A stretch of DNA of 62,384 nt, filler included, from Choristocarpus tenellus KU-1152 (lineage: Eukaryota > Protista > Phaeophyceae): the NCBI GenBank assembly GCA_964200185.2. It is 11 parts of 11 records of this genome, joined end to end, with 100 filler letters (N's around TTAATTAATTAA, not from the genome) between each part and the next. Parts side by side here need not be neighbours in the genome. Positions count along the whole stretch, not along the records: positions 1 to 16,334 come from CAXNAD020000839.1; 10 more parts are not named here. One strand, 5' to 3'. The position numbers and the translations under genes were made by a program. Shown one piece after another: positions 1 through 12,700 of this stretch. The notes beneath the pieces are model-generated. The model saw only the letters and a list, made by a program, of their open reading frames with translations, was not told the DNA's origin and did not search any database. Every line of letters starts with the position of its first letter. The stretch's first letter is position 1.

Positions 1-722
1 ACATCGAGGAGGAGGCCTTTGTCCCGGTACGGAGCTGATCCAGCGTCCGTAAGTGACCCTCCTCCCGCATTGAAGACCAGATCCATGCCGAAAATCCTAT
101 CCAATGTAAATATCCTATCCACTGTAAATGGGCTACCATCCTCCATATAGAGCAAGGGATGCCAATTCCTTTGCAAAGTTGACCCAGACGCTTCACCATT
201 GGTGTGTGTTGGCGAATCTGTCCTCTTGCCCCAGGGCAGGTACGTGCATGTCTGGTGTCTACATTTTACCTCCCGCAACCAGTCACTGGGCACCTGTTCG
301 ATATGGTCTACCCTCTCCCTACGGAGTTTTGCTGGCGTTGAGTTTAAACTCGACAGGGGGCATCTGGAATGCCAGCTCCGGGGGTTGAGTTGAGACCCAT
401 GCTTGTCCTTATTGACTCCGGTGGCATGCCAGGGCTAGCAAGGAACTTTCCTTCCCTTCCTCCACTAGATCAGGTAAGGTGGCCAATTGGGTGCGGAAAG
501 AGTCGAAGTGGATCCTGTTTAGGAGCCGGGCAATCTCATGTTGTACCCTCCTTGTAATCCTGGCATCATGGGCTGCCAGAGTGTCAACCTCTGGGGGCGG
601 TGTGGGGAATTTTGTTCCCCCCCAGGTTACCTAGCCTTGACAAACAATTTCCGCCAAGTCTTTTCAGGGGACTCCTCCTGTTGTTGTTGTAGAGGAAGAG
701 GATGTGAATGAAAGATCACAGG
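1..722 (-). mobile_element. CRE-like non-LTR retrotransposon C-terminal region (CCHC knuckle + RLE endonuclease); runs off the window start
   Basis: Near-identical to ~14165-14879. Minus strand reads NRCPVTGC...HARTC...HTPMVK...MEDGSPFTVD...GMDLVFNAGG...YRDKGLLLDV, with stops and frameshifts. Confidence 0.8.
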
Positions 723-814
723 ACCCTTACTGTGGGGCTCGTACAGATGGCTGGAGAGAAAGACTCGCCATGAAACCCTGGTTGCCTTGCTAGGAGGGTG
801 GGGAGAGTACCAAC

Positions 815-1545
815 AAATGAGCACCATATTCTAATATAGGACTTAGTAGCTAGGAAAGGCGAGATTCGTGTTGTTTTTGTTGGCACTAAAAACCAGAGGG
901 CAGGTGTGTTGACCAACTTATAATTTGCCAGTAAGACTTTTTAGACAACAGGTGAAGTTTTGATGATCATGTATTTTATTATTATGCCCTCTGACATTTT
1001 GCAGATGTGTCAGGTGGGAAACCAATGAAAACTGTTCACATGTCATTATAAGCCCTAAGGAAATAAAATGTCACAACTGTGAAAAACACTAATCTATTTT
1101 ATTATTATACCCTCTGATATTTTGGAGATGCGTTATGGGGGAAACCAATCTCTATGTTCTTTCACTACTATCTGTGTGGTACCACTACCTTCCTGTACCT
1201 CCAATCTACTGTAGAGGGGTAACATATGTGTGTGTAGATTCTCTTTTATTTAGTGTTAGTAAGGAGTTAATGCTTGGTTTCAAGAAGGGGAGGATCTCGA
1301 ATTGCTAGAGTTACGCTGATATCATAAAAGCATGTAACACAGTTTCATGTACGTTTATGTTTAGTTTGGTACAATACAGAGCAGTAGCGTACCTCGAGGT
1401 ATGATGGGTCAGTCTTTGGCAATACATCAGATATAATTGATGGCTACAAGAAACGCCCACCAGTTAATAAATAACCAGTGTATGTTCATGATAAAACAGC
1501 CTTCTGGCAACAAGCCTTCCTTGCGCGAAACTATTCAACACATTC
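815..1545 (+). mobile_element. Copia 3' fragment (RNase H tail, PPT, LTR) interrupted by a CRE-tail insertion
   Basis: Aligns by eye with the reverse complement of 9720-10230 (IRVVFVGTKNQRA.VLT; PPT aagaaggggagga at ~1283; LTR to ~1545). Confidence 0.75.
976..1210 (-). mobile_element. CRE-like 3' UTR/tail copy with a nested mini-copy of its own terminus (~1097-1150)
   Basis: ttattattatgccctctgacattttgcagatgtgtcagg matches the termini at 13560, 7910, 8450, 18300 and 34960. It is absent from the homologous Copia position at ~10080, with a possible tgta duplication. Confidence 0.75.
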
Positions 1546-1951
1546 CGTACATGAAGTTCCTGTCTTGGCGTTTGGATTCCTGGTGAGTACTTGAAATGTG
1601 TGGGTTGATGGACAGTTCTAGCGCCATTTTCAACAACCCTTAGTAGAAATCCCTTCGATAGCAAGATAGGATATTATAGTGCGTTGTTTGCTTGGAAGAT
1701 CTTCATTTCTTCTGTAAGAAGCCCAAGCCATGTTATCTATCGGTGTCTAGAGGGGCCGGTTTGCACGTAAGGAACTCATCAAAACACGAAGTTTGAAAAG
1801 CCGTCGAAAAGTAAGTCGTGATCATTGACAAAGTCAAGCTCAAGACACTTCTCTTGGGTTATTTAAACACCAGTATCCATACGCTTTGCAGGAGGAGTTT
1901 ACTTCACCTAACATCATCCTTGCCACGGTCGCAGCGACTATCGTAGAGTAT

Positions 1952-2655
1952 GCTATTTTCTCACAAACCGTCTCTCCACTAGCATTGGGCCCTCTGAAAC
2001 AGTCGAGCCTCTTCCCTGTTCTCCTCCTTATACCTCAGGGAAAATTCTCGAGAGGATAGGTTCAAGTTTGTTTGAAGTGGGTTTCGGTAAGGCTTGCTAC
2101 CGTCGTTCAACAACATGCTGGGTTGATGCCGACACCTGGATGTGGCGGGATGTATCTTCTCTTTTTGGTGTTCACTCCACCAACTATTACGAACCTCAAG
2201 CCCTACCTGACGAACACAAAGAATAAGCCCCCCCATTGATCTTAACTTAAGGGCAACCGCACATATAGAATAAGCCTCAGATTGATCCAACTCCTCCTTG
2301 AGAAGTACACTCCTTACCGATGTGTTCATGCAGAGCCATGGTGACCTACCTCCTGCTCCCCTCAAATCGTGAATTCTCTTTGAGCTATGCTGCACATCTG
2401 GTCCAACACCCTCTCGAATTCTTGTGGTTTTGCGGCACATGCCAGAATGCAGCAAATCATCGCTGCTCGGACTTGGCAATTCCCGTCCCTTGCACAAGGG
2501 AGAACAAAGTTCCCCTTCTCATCACACCACGGCCTCGAGAAACCCTTCTTCATCTCCCAGGTTGTTCCTGGACAATGAAGCTCCTTGGAGTTGATTTCTA
2601 GAGCCGTTTTCTATTAATAGGACGGAGACAGACAGATTGAATGACCATACGAGAA
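1952..2655 (-). repeat. Unclassified decayed coding repeat, copy A (OTU-like DGNCQVRA motif)
   Basis: Inverted homolog of 3074-3770. The best conserved frame reads WEMKKGFSRPWCDEKGNFVLPCARDGNCQVRAAMICCILACAA. Confidence 0.7.
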
Positions 2656-3073
2656 AGGGGGTTGTCTGAAAGTGGTCATACACCCCTGGCTGGGAGAGTG
2701 CATCCGTTGGTGATGCCGACATCCGCAGTCTCTCAGACAGGAGAATTCAATGTGTACGAGCCCTGCTATGGACCCAGATCAAACAACCCACACCATGAGG
2801 CAACTTCTTGTTCTGTGCACACTGATCCACCCAGCTTTCAGAGATACATAGACAGGAAGCCCACAAGTATAAATGCACAGGAAGGCACTAAATAGTACAA
2901 TGGAGAGCAGTGACAATGGGTAAGAGTGCTCATACTGGAGTAAGAGGTGGTGGTTGTTGGCGTAATTCGAAACGTTGGACTCTTTTTGCTGGAATTGCTG
3001 GTAAGCTGGGTGCACTGCAATAGCAACACATGCAACTTTTGTTCATGTCGTCCCTTCAGTGCTGGGGGAAGAG

Positions 3074-3770
3074 ATTCTCGTATTGCGGTTCAACCTGTCT
3101 GTCCCCGTCCTAATAATAGAAGACAACTTCAGGCATCAACTTCAAGGAGCTTCGTTGTCCAGCAACAGCCTGGGAGATGAAGAAGGGTTTCTCGAGGCCG
3201 TGGCGTGATGAGAAGGGGAACTTTGTTCTCCCTTGTTCAGGAGATGGCAATTGCCAAGTCTGAGCAGTGATGAATTGCTGCATTCTGGCATGTGCAGCAC
3301 AACCACAAGCATTCAAGAGGGTGTTGGATCAAATGTGCAACACGATTCGCGGAGAGTTCACCATTTGTGGGGAATAGGAGGCAGGTCACCATGGCTGTGC
3401 ATGAACACATTGGTATGAATGTACTTCTCACAGAGGAGTTGGATCAATCTGAGCCTTATCCTATATGTGGGGTTGCCCTGAAGATACTGGAGGGGTATAT
3501 TCTTTACGTTTGTCAGGTAGGACTTGAGGTTCATAGTAGTTAGCGGGGTGAAGACCAAAAAAGAAGATACATCCCACCACAGCCAGGTGTTGGCATCAAC
3601 CGACCATGTCGTTGAACGATGGTGGCAACCTCACCGCAACGCACTTGGAACAACCTTGAACCTATCCTCTTAGGAAGTTTCCCTGAGGGATAAGGAGGAA
3701 AAATGGGAAGAGGCTTGGCTGTTTCAGAGGGCTCAACGCTGGTGGAGACACAGTTTGCGAGCAAATATCT
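3074..3770 (+). repeat. Unclassified decayed coding repeat, copy B
   Basis: Inverted homolog of 1952-2655; reads WEMKKGFSRPWRDEKGNFVLPCSGDGNCQV*AVMNCCILACAA. Confidence 0.7.
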
Positions 3771-6700
3771 TCCAGGTTGTTTTTATCCTTGCCTTCTATC
3801 TTACCACTACTGATGTGTGATATTCATTGTGCATTAGACTAAGGATGTACGTGTTGTGGCTGAGTGTTGAAGGATGCTGTGGTCAGTGGGTGGATGGTTC
3901 ACTCTAGGGCAATCAGTGTACAGGATTGGAGGTGACAAATTCGATCCCAATGGGTCTTGTGCCCAATCCTGAAGAGCTATGAGAGTCATCGGCGTGTGTG
4001 TTTGTGATTAGAGGTCTTCTGTGTTGTGTTCACTGATGATGGTTCTATTTGACCCCTCCCTCTTCTAGTGTGTCCTATCTGTCATTGATTCTTTGTTCAC
4101 AGAAGAAGCATAAAAATATTTCATATATGGTACTTGGAGTATTGGGTGAAGCCTGGGCAAGTTCCAGTCTTCTTCTGAGTTGTTGGAAGAAGCGGTTGAA
4201 CTGAGTTGGCCTTACCAAAGATAATTTCATTGTATATGGTCTCAGTCCCCGAGCAACGCCTCAAGTTCCCCCCCAAGTTTAAGCAGCATAGGAACTGAGT
4301 GGACCGAACAATGGAATGTTATTGAGCAAAACACCATTAGTATGTTAGTGTTAGAGTCAAGTATGGCAGAAGTGTTGGAGTTCCTAAGCCACAACCCTAC
4401 AACCGATCTGTCATTTTTGCAAACCATTTTTCTCACAGCATGTCAGGTATGCATTATTTTTCCTGATTTTGTGCTGCAGAGATGGAGAAAGTCTCATTTG
4501 AGGTCCTACACCCTCTCTCCTGGGTGAGATAGACTATACCCTCCCACCTGAGTAAATCTACACCCACTCGTATGTTGTTGGGGTGTCAGGGTTAGTTATA
4601 GTCCTTAGAAGCACCAGACATTTGTCTTTATTGGTAGCATTGGTTGTAGAGTGAGGCTATTGTTACTAGAACAGAGACCAGAAAACATCACATACACAAC
4701 GGCATGACTGGGACATGGTTTTCACTTATTTGGTAAGAATTGTGAAAGAAAAGAGAAGCATGTATGTGTCTCATAGAGAGCAATCCAAACATTAACAGGA
4801 GTGAAGTTGAGAGTAGACTATTCTATTGGTGTGAATATTACTTTTCGTATAACAATATATCCCCCTGCTCTTTCTATCATATATTTGTTCCTCTTTGGAA
4901 TTACTCGAAATCCTGATATATATGAGATTAGGGACATCTAGTTTTGAAGAAGATATTCAAACGATAATTCACACATTCCATGTGTGTTGGGGGTGTTGCC
5001 AATCTACCACTATATTCACTAGCTCTTTCAACAAAGGTATACTACATGGTCAGGAAAGTTCTAATGCCATTTGAAACAATTAGAAACTTTCTTCCACAGA
5101 GTATATACCAAACAGGTTTTAGGTGTATGTCTTTGGCATCATACGTACATCTTCTTTTGAAGCGGGAATGGTCACTATCAGTGTGTGAGATGGTGATCAT
5201 TGGATTCCTTGTTGAAATTGGGGCTAATTGAAGTTTTCAACTGTCACAATCCATCCACTACACCATTGGGAACGAGAGAACATACCTCCCACTGATGCAA
5301 ATGTACGACTGTGTGTGTGTGTGTGTTCACTGCTGTATACCTAAATCCTAAATAATACATTCAACAGATAGAGAAATATAATAGGGATGGCATATGATAT
5401 ATATCTATCACGTCCTGACCATTGTATCATATATCATCAGTGAGTTGATACGAAATGATTGGCTGTGTCATCCGTCCCCACTCTTCCACTGGTGGTGTCT
5501 ACAGTTTGTGGCAGGACCTACCCCAAAGGATGGTAAAGGTCCACAAAACAATGAAGCCTGCTTGCTAGCCGAGAGTGTGCTGTACTCAATGACCCTCCAT
5601 GTGCATCTACAAATAGAACATGGAACATGGCACACTTGATTGTCAGTGGAAGCAGTGAGGGTTTGTAAGGAGCAAGAACCGCATGTTGGTGGAATCGAGA
5701 TCTCAGCCTTCCGTATTTGGGTGGGAGACGAAACTTCTTAGGTGGTATAAACACATATTTATAGTGCGGCACACCGCTATGGGTAAGAGTTGCGATAAAT
5801 GAAGTGTCCAATCTATTAATAGCCCCAAGGTAATAAAATGTCTGCATTATGTTTTCGGTGCAGAGGTGAATCAAACCTTACAATTGTACTGAAGAGTGCC
5901 ATGTACTGCTTGCTACAAACTTCAACAGCTTGTGTTGTGGGTTGCACCTACAAATGTCTTGTATCGGAAAGGTCAATCTCTACAACACATCTCATACACT
6001 CTTTGCCAGAAGACGCACCAAACGTTCAAAACACAGAAATGCTTAAAAAATATTTCCATGTACAAACACCTCTCTAAGAAGACTATGTACAGTGTACTCC
6101 AGACCTCTCTAAAACAAGTCACCCAATCTCTGTCACAAACCCCTCACAACAAACAACTAGGACTGAAAATGTTACCACTACTAATGCTCTAACAACTCGA
6201 AAACTGCACAAAGCCGATTATTGAACCAACAGCGTAACGATAAAGTAATATCACCCAGAGACAAACACAATCACAAGACATTTTCCTCATCAAACTGGTC
6301 TGAAGCAGCCTTGTGTCGCTACCCTGGCGGACCGCAATTAGAATTGAAATCCCTTGCCGCCTTTTCTCTCAGAGTGTCGAGGTCTTCATTGTCCTCAGCT
6401 CACTTCAACACCGAGTGGCGGCCGTACAGGAGATACACATACGTCCTGTAAATCACTGCTGTAAATATCGACACAAAAGAGATCGGTTATATCAGTAGTA
6501 ATGTTATTCTGATAGTAACATTGGCGGTTAAACATCGTGACAACAGGTATAGGCGACAGCACCATTCGTTGCATACGTACTATACTATGCCACAGGGGAT
6601 GCCGTGGTGTTTCAAGGGTCCGGTATATGTCAGAAACAGTATAGTACTTAGTATTAGTAGTATTATACACACATGTTTACACGTCATGTCTAATAGTACA

Positions 6701-7279
6701 TTTACATATCATACCTCATGTGAACTACTCCTCAAGGACATGTCTTCAACAAAGAGATAGGGTCGGGAAAAGTGATGAGTCATGGGGTGAAGGACGATCA
6801 CGATTGGGAAGAGATCCAACTTCAAAGTGTCACACAACTGCGCAAGCTCTACTTGTCCCATACGCATAGAACAACAACAATACACGTGAACGTACACACT
6901 TGAGGGGGTCACCTCCGGAATAAAAGGAGTAGTTATTTCTCAAAAATCTCAAACAAAATTGCACAAAAAGAGCAGAAAGTCTGACACATATTTTTCGTAG
7001 TGGGAAGGCTATTAAAAACACGAACGATTGGCCAACTCCAGTGACTCAAACATACTACTATCTTGGGCTTTGGCAAAGAACTGCATTGTGCGGTTATCCC
7101 CCAGAAAAGTAAGTGCTTTCAAAACAAGAAATCCCAAAGTTGCAAACCTGTCATTGAAGATTGATTCATACAGTTTATTTTTCCTATTGTTAAGTCATTT
7201 TTCTTAATAATGTTATCATCATTACTGTGTTCATTATCATTGTCATTTCAATTATCACTATCAGTATTATTGTGAAACA

Positions 7280-7465
7280 GGTGGAAACAGGCAGGCAGAT
7301 TCTTCAGATTGAAGGGGAGCGGGAAGACCCACAACAGGAGGAAAGGAATGGAGAGAGACAAGGCAGGAGGGAGAGCAATCCCTTAAAAGGTCACTCATGG
7401 AAGAGTGAACAGGAAAAAATGTGAATGAGGGGGGTTTGTAAGGTTCACTCTAACCACCCGACATT
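7280..7465 (+). repeat. Dispersed repeat B (possible 3' end of another retroelement or SINE)
   Basis: gaaggggagcgggaagacccac...gagagcaatccct...aaccacccga, also at 8560-8770 (-) and 34700-34950 (+). Confidence 0.75.
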
Positions 7466-7484
7466 TCAATGATGAGTAAGGAAT

Positions 7485-7850
7485 CAAAGTATCTTAGAGG
7501 ATAGAGTCGCGTCTGTTTGTGGACCAAAATCCAATGTTACAATTTTGATGTAATTTTGGCCATTGTGTTTGCTAGGAAGTGTCAATATCCTTGTTCCGAA
7601 CACACCTTTTCATAACGTAGACATTCCACCTTTTCCGAAAGATTTCGGATTAGGAAAATGTCATAAAAAACCCGTGGGAAACCCAGCCCCAAATAATGGA
7701 AAAACAGGGCAAAACTCGTACCTTCTAAGATACTTTTACTCAAATACAGATGTCATGTGAAGCAACAGATCTTGAAGTACATCTTCTCAAAGAAGGTCAC
7801 CGTAAACGTATACCTTAGTTGGAAGACGGCTATCACATAATAAAAAATGA
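7485..7850 (+). mobile_element. Non-autonomous DNA transposon with CAAAGTATCT terminus (long subfamily)
   Basis: Terminus plus an internal sequence (gaccaaaatccaatgt...aatatccttgttccg...caaaactcgtacc) shared with 21690-21947 (-) and 57529-57960 (+). Confidence 0.7.
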
Positions 7851-7909
7851 TAAGGATGATAATAATAGTGATAATTTTGTTATATCTATGATGATCATTT
7901 CCATTATTA

Positions 7910-8171
7910 TATTATTTTGCCCCTCTTATATTTTCCACATGTGCTAGGGGAAAAACTAATGAAAACTATTCACATGTATGAAAAATCCCTAACGGAGTAA
8001 CAGTTGTCACAAAAGTGAAAAATGATCATATATTTCCTATTTTACCACTATATTTGTTGTACTACTGTCTTCCTGTGTCTCAAACCTATTCCTGCACCCC
8101 GGGGTGAGGAGCTAGGGAAGCATCCCAAGAATCTAACAAGGCCTTCCTTGCCCATCTCCCTGGTTACTCCA
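7910..8171 (-). mobile_element. CRE-like 3' tail copy (left arm of an inverted pair)
   Basis: Homologous to 13560-13830; inverted partner at 8221-8460. Confidence 0.75.
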
Positions 8172-8220
8172 TTATCATTAGTATTCTTTCTATCCTTATC
8201 ATTTTCATTGTAATAATAGT

Positions 8221-8460
8221 TGGAGTCACCAGGGAGATATGGGCAAGGAGGGCCTTGTTAGATTCTTGGAAATACATTTGAGATACAGGAAGGCAGTGGT
8301 ACGACATAGTAGTAAAATAGGAGATTCACCTTTTTCATTTTTGTGACAACTATTACTTCTTTAGGGATTTTTCAGAAATGTGAATAGCTTTCACTAGTTT
8401 TTCCCCTAGCACATCTGGAAAATGTCAAAGGGCATAAAAATATACAATTGCTAATAATAT
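8221..8460 (+). mobile_element. CRE-like 3' tail copy (right arm of an inverted pair)
   Basis: Ends ttcccctagcacatctggaaaatgtcaaagggcataaaaata; begins at the same tggag point as the left arm. Confidence 0.75.
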
Positions 8461-8559
8461 TATCAATTCTATTATATTTATTTTCGATATTGTGTGAAAG
8501 CCATATTCCATAGAAGGTATACTCTGAAGGTAACCTATCTTGAACATAATGATATTCAT

Positions 8560-8770
8560 GTGACATTTGTTTTTGCATATTGAAGATAACATCTGCTTGA
8601 AGCAAGATTGGGTGGTTTGGAGTGCCCTTCCAAATCCCCCCTTCTTCACTTTTTCCACTTGTTCACTCTTTTCCTGAGCGATCTTCTGAGGGATTGCTCT
8701 CTCTCTTTGATTTGTCTCTCTTTGATCTTTCCTCCTGTGGGTCTCCCCGCTCCCCTTCAATACGAAGAAG
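8560..8770 (-). repeat. Dispersed repeat B
   Basis: Reverse complement matches 34740-34935 and 7310-7460. Confidence 0.75.
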
Positions 8771-9719
8771 TAGTGCGCACTGCACTTACTACTTGGGACT
8801 AAATACGGTGCTGTGAACAGTAAAACACTTGGTTCAAATTAGCACTGGATACTCTGGTACATGAAAAATGATACTACAAAATGAAGAAAAAACAAATCGA
8901 TTGTGGAATGCAAATCGGACTCAAATGTTCACCATTCAGCCCTGTCAGAGAACTACAATGTCAAAATGTGGAAGCTGTACAAAAAGGATGTTGATTTACA
9001 TCACAATTCCTGTCGTTCCTGCCCTCTTCATCTCACTACAAACAACTCTTGGGGGTACCAATGCCCACTTTTTAGCACATGGAGGTCTACACAAAACGCG
9101 GAGGCCCTGTTTCAACCTGGGTACTTGCGTCCACAGCTACAAAATACCAACAACCCTAACATTATAAAGGAGAAGAAAGTGTGTACTGGCTTCACTAGTC
9201 AGTACTTATCATTGTGGCTGTCCTGGACAACTAATTGCATAAAAGTATAGTATTGAGTACGACATATCAAATACCTTGATGAAGCATTAATAGTTAAGGG
9301 ACATCTTGCACAGATACAGCCAGATAGAGTGGGTTATATGTCCTTCTCGCCTTTTCAAATGATGCTCTTCGAACACTGTACTCAGCGAGCCATTGTTCAC
9401 CATGAAGAGTGAAATGGCCTTCCAACACTAGACCTGTCCTCAGAAACACTAATAGACGTAGACCCATCACACTGTCCATGCTCGTTGCGAGCCTGTTGTT
9501 GTGTGCATGGACGACCTAGTTAAAGCATTCCTGCGTGTTACGGGCACAAACAATTCTTGAACTAGCTCAAGCACCACACGAGAAGCTGACATAGGAGTAT
9601 AATATAATAGTAATTACTCTGCTATTGTAGGTGTTCAGTAGACTGCATTCAGAAATACACAAACGCACTTCCTCCTATTGTGTCTTCTAGGACACCATTT
9701 CCACGAGGACTGTATCTTT

Positions 9720-12700
9720 GTTGCAAATTGGTTGGACTTGTGCGGTAAATAGCTTTGCACAGGAAAGGCTTGTCGCCAGAAGTTGGTGGGTTACATGGTG
9801 AACACACACTGTTTATTAGTTATCCTATGTCCTTCTGCCTTAGCCATTCATTATCTCTGACATACATTGCCAAAGACTGACCTGACCCATCATACCGCTA
9901 TGTATGTTACTACTCTGGATTGTACTGAACTAGAGATAAACGTACATGAAACTGTGCTCTATGCTTGTATCAGCACACACAACGTAAGCAAAACGCTAGC
10001 TATTGCGACATCCTCCCCTTGCTGAAAACAAGCAGCAATAATTATTAAAAAAAAATACTACACACATATTATCCCTCTACATGTTCATCAAAACTTCACA
10101 TGTTGTCTGAAAACTCTTGGTCAACACATCTGCCCTCTAGTTTTTATTTTTAGTGCCAACAAAAACAACACGAATATCACTTTTTCTACCTAAGTCCTTG
10201 AGAAGATGGTGCTGGACATCAATGTACTTTGTTCTAGTAGAACTAGTGGCATTTCACACTTGTTTGCATGCACCTCCGTTGTCCTCAAACATGTTAATGC
10301 AACGTCTAGGGAACTGTGGCTGATTAAACTCAACTCAAAAACAATCCTCACGAAAGTCCTTCCTGTGCCACACTGCTAAGGGCAATATATTTAATCTCCG
10401 TCGGGGACAGAGCTACTACCTTCTGGACCTTTCACATCCAAGATATTATTGCTCCTCCGACAAACATCATGGCTCCTCCAGTCACTGATCTACCACCATT
10501 ACAATCTCCAGCATAGCTAGCATCAGCATACGCACTTAACTCACATTCAGTATCAAGACCACCAAAACTCAATCCGACACTTGGACAAGTATTCACATAT
10601 ACTAAATTACACTTAACAGTACACCAATGTGCAACCTTGGGATTACTACTGTACTTGGCAACCTCACGAACTGCATTGGCAATATCTAGCCTGGTCACGA
10701 CAGCTGCCCCACAACAAACTAACTACAGCCTCTCCGTACGGGATACTTTTGATCAACACTTGGATGATCCTCATTGTCTAAGATCCTTGAGAGATCATGA
10801 GGTTTACTGCCCTTTTCTTTGCCCCATCCATACCAAATCTTTGATAAATGCTCCTAATATACTCAGTCTGACTGATGTGAACCGTCTTTGCAAGTCTGTC
10901 ACGCAAATATATTACAACCCATATAATACTCAAAGCCACCAAAATCTTCTATTGAAAACTGCTCCTTGATCCTGGATCGAGCCCAAATCAAAACATCAGA
11001 TATTCCTGCCACCATAAGATCATCAACGTGAGGGGCTATTACAGCACAAACAACAGCATCTCCTACGTAGCGTAGCACACAGGGATCTGCTCTGCATCAC
11101 TCAAAACCACTTTCTTCTAAAACGTGCACCAATAAATAATTAAACTCTCTGCTAGCCTGTTTGGTGCCATCAAGAACATTCTCTAAGCGTACAATCTTCT
11201 CTGACCATAAACCACATCCATCACATAAACCAACAAATATTTCCTCTCTGATTTCTGCTCAAATAAAACTCTGCTTCACATCCCAATGCATGAATCCTTG
11301 TCTGCAGCTTGTGCCAAAAAAACATCCTTAAACATACAGGTCATGTTGTCAGTGCAAAGGTATCACAGCAATCTAAATCCTTACTCTCATGAAAATCCTG
11401 TTTGCTACCAAACATGCCTTGTATATCACTACCTTACCAAATTTATCCAACTTGTGCTAGTGAATCTATTTTGGTACAAATTACCCTGCGTCCAGGGAGA
11501 AACACGGCCTCCACCCAACTGTCATTCAAACAACAAACCAGGCATTCCTTCTGCTCTAGCTCAATCCTATAAATCATATTCAGGAGAACCACGTGCTGTT
11601 CTGTAGGGATATCATCTGCTAACACTCTAATACTCATTACGCACACAGATCAAAAGGGTAGTCTCAATGGAAAACAGACGAAAAATATCGAATAATGCAA
11701 CTCTTGTAAAACAAAGCAGCAGAAAAATCAAAGGAGTTTGCACAGCCACCAGGTGAAGTTCTGCAGAATGGCGACCTCCAGCATCCAGTCTCCACTTCCT
11801 GAACTCTCACCAATCCAGAAAAAATTCCCATCACCATCTTGTACCTCCACCCAAATATCAAACGCCAACTTCATATTCCCCTTGCACCCTCAACCAGTCC
11901 AGGAGATATCACCATTCTTAACACCCCCCGGCTCTTGGACTGAGAGTAGATACGCCATCTAGTCATTGGGAGATGTGAAGGGAAATACGCAGATAACAAT
12001 AAACAAAAAACCACAACTGTCTTGTCCTCATCCTTCATCAAGCAGAACCTTGAGGATAGGAGATTAAAGGCGAGGTTGGGGACCAAGGCGACAGACTCTA
12101 GAGTAACATGCACCCACTCATCATTGCCTACCCTGAAATTTAGATCAAGCATGCCATATCCCGTGATGGGTAATGGTGTGCCATCAGCCACAGTCATTTT
12201 GCGACCTTCTGGGCATGGGGCGAAACCATACATGCTCGTCGGGTCATTAGTCACACTGTTTGATGCCCCCGAATCAAAGCACCATTTCTCTAAACCAGAC
12301 CCTCTCACCTTGTCATGATTGGCCACAGCACCTAACGCGGCCTTAAAATTTCCTTCCTCTGTTTTTCTTTTCTGCCTCCAACCGTGCTCCAGCTAATCAC
12401 CCGCCTGTTTAGACAGCGTCGCCCTCATTTGTCGACAATACATTCTTCTTTGCTAGTTTCATCCCCAGTCCAGCTAGTTCATCCACCGGTTTACACGGCG
12501 TCGCTCTCCTCTGGCAACAAACGATCTCAAGGTGTCCTTTACCTCCACAGTTGTAGCATATTCCTTCGAAAGAACAAGGACCAGAATGCTCGATCAGTCC
12601 ACAGTTTAAACATCTTCTACTGGTCCTGATCTCGTCCCTGGGGATCCTGTCGTACCACGGTCCGTACGTTGACCAGTCGTACCTTGGCCGCTTCCTCGGC

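Noticed and set aside
2100-2200. WVDADTWMWRDVSSLF as a GT8 glycosyltransferase DxD motif
   Set aside because: The paralogous copy reads VDANT and shifts frame; another frame is better conserved.
6290-6445. Minus-strand exon-like segment with an in-frame TGA (possible selenocysteine)
   Set aside because: No redox motif, no recognisable homology and no SECIS identified.
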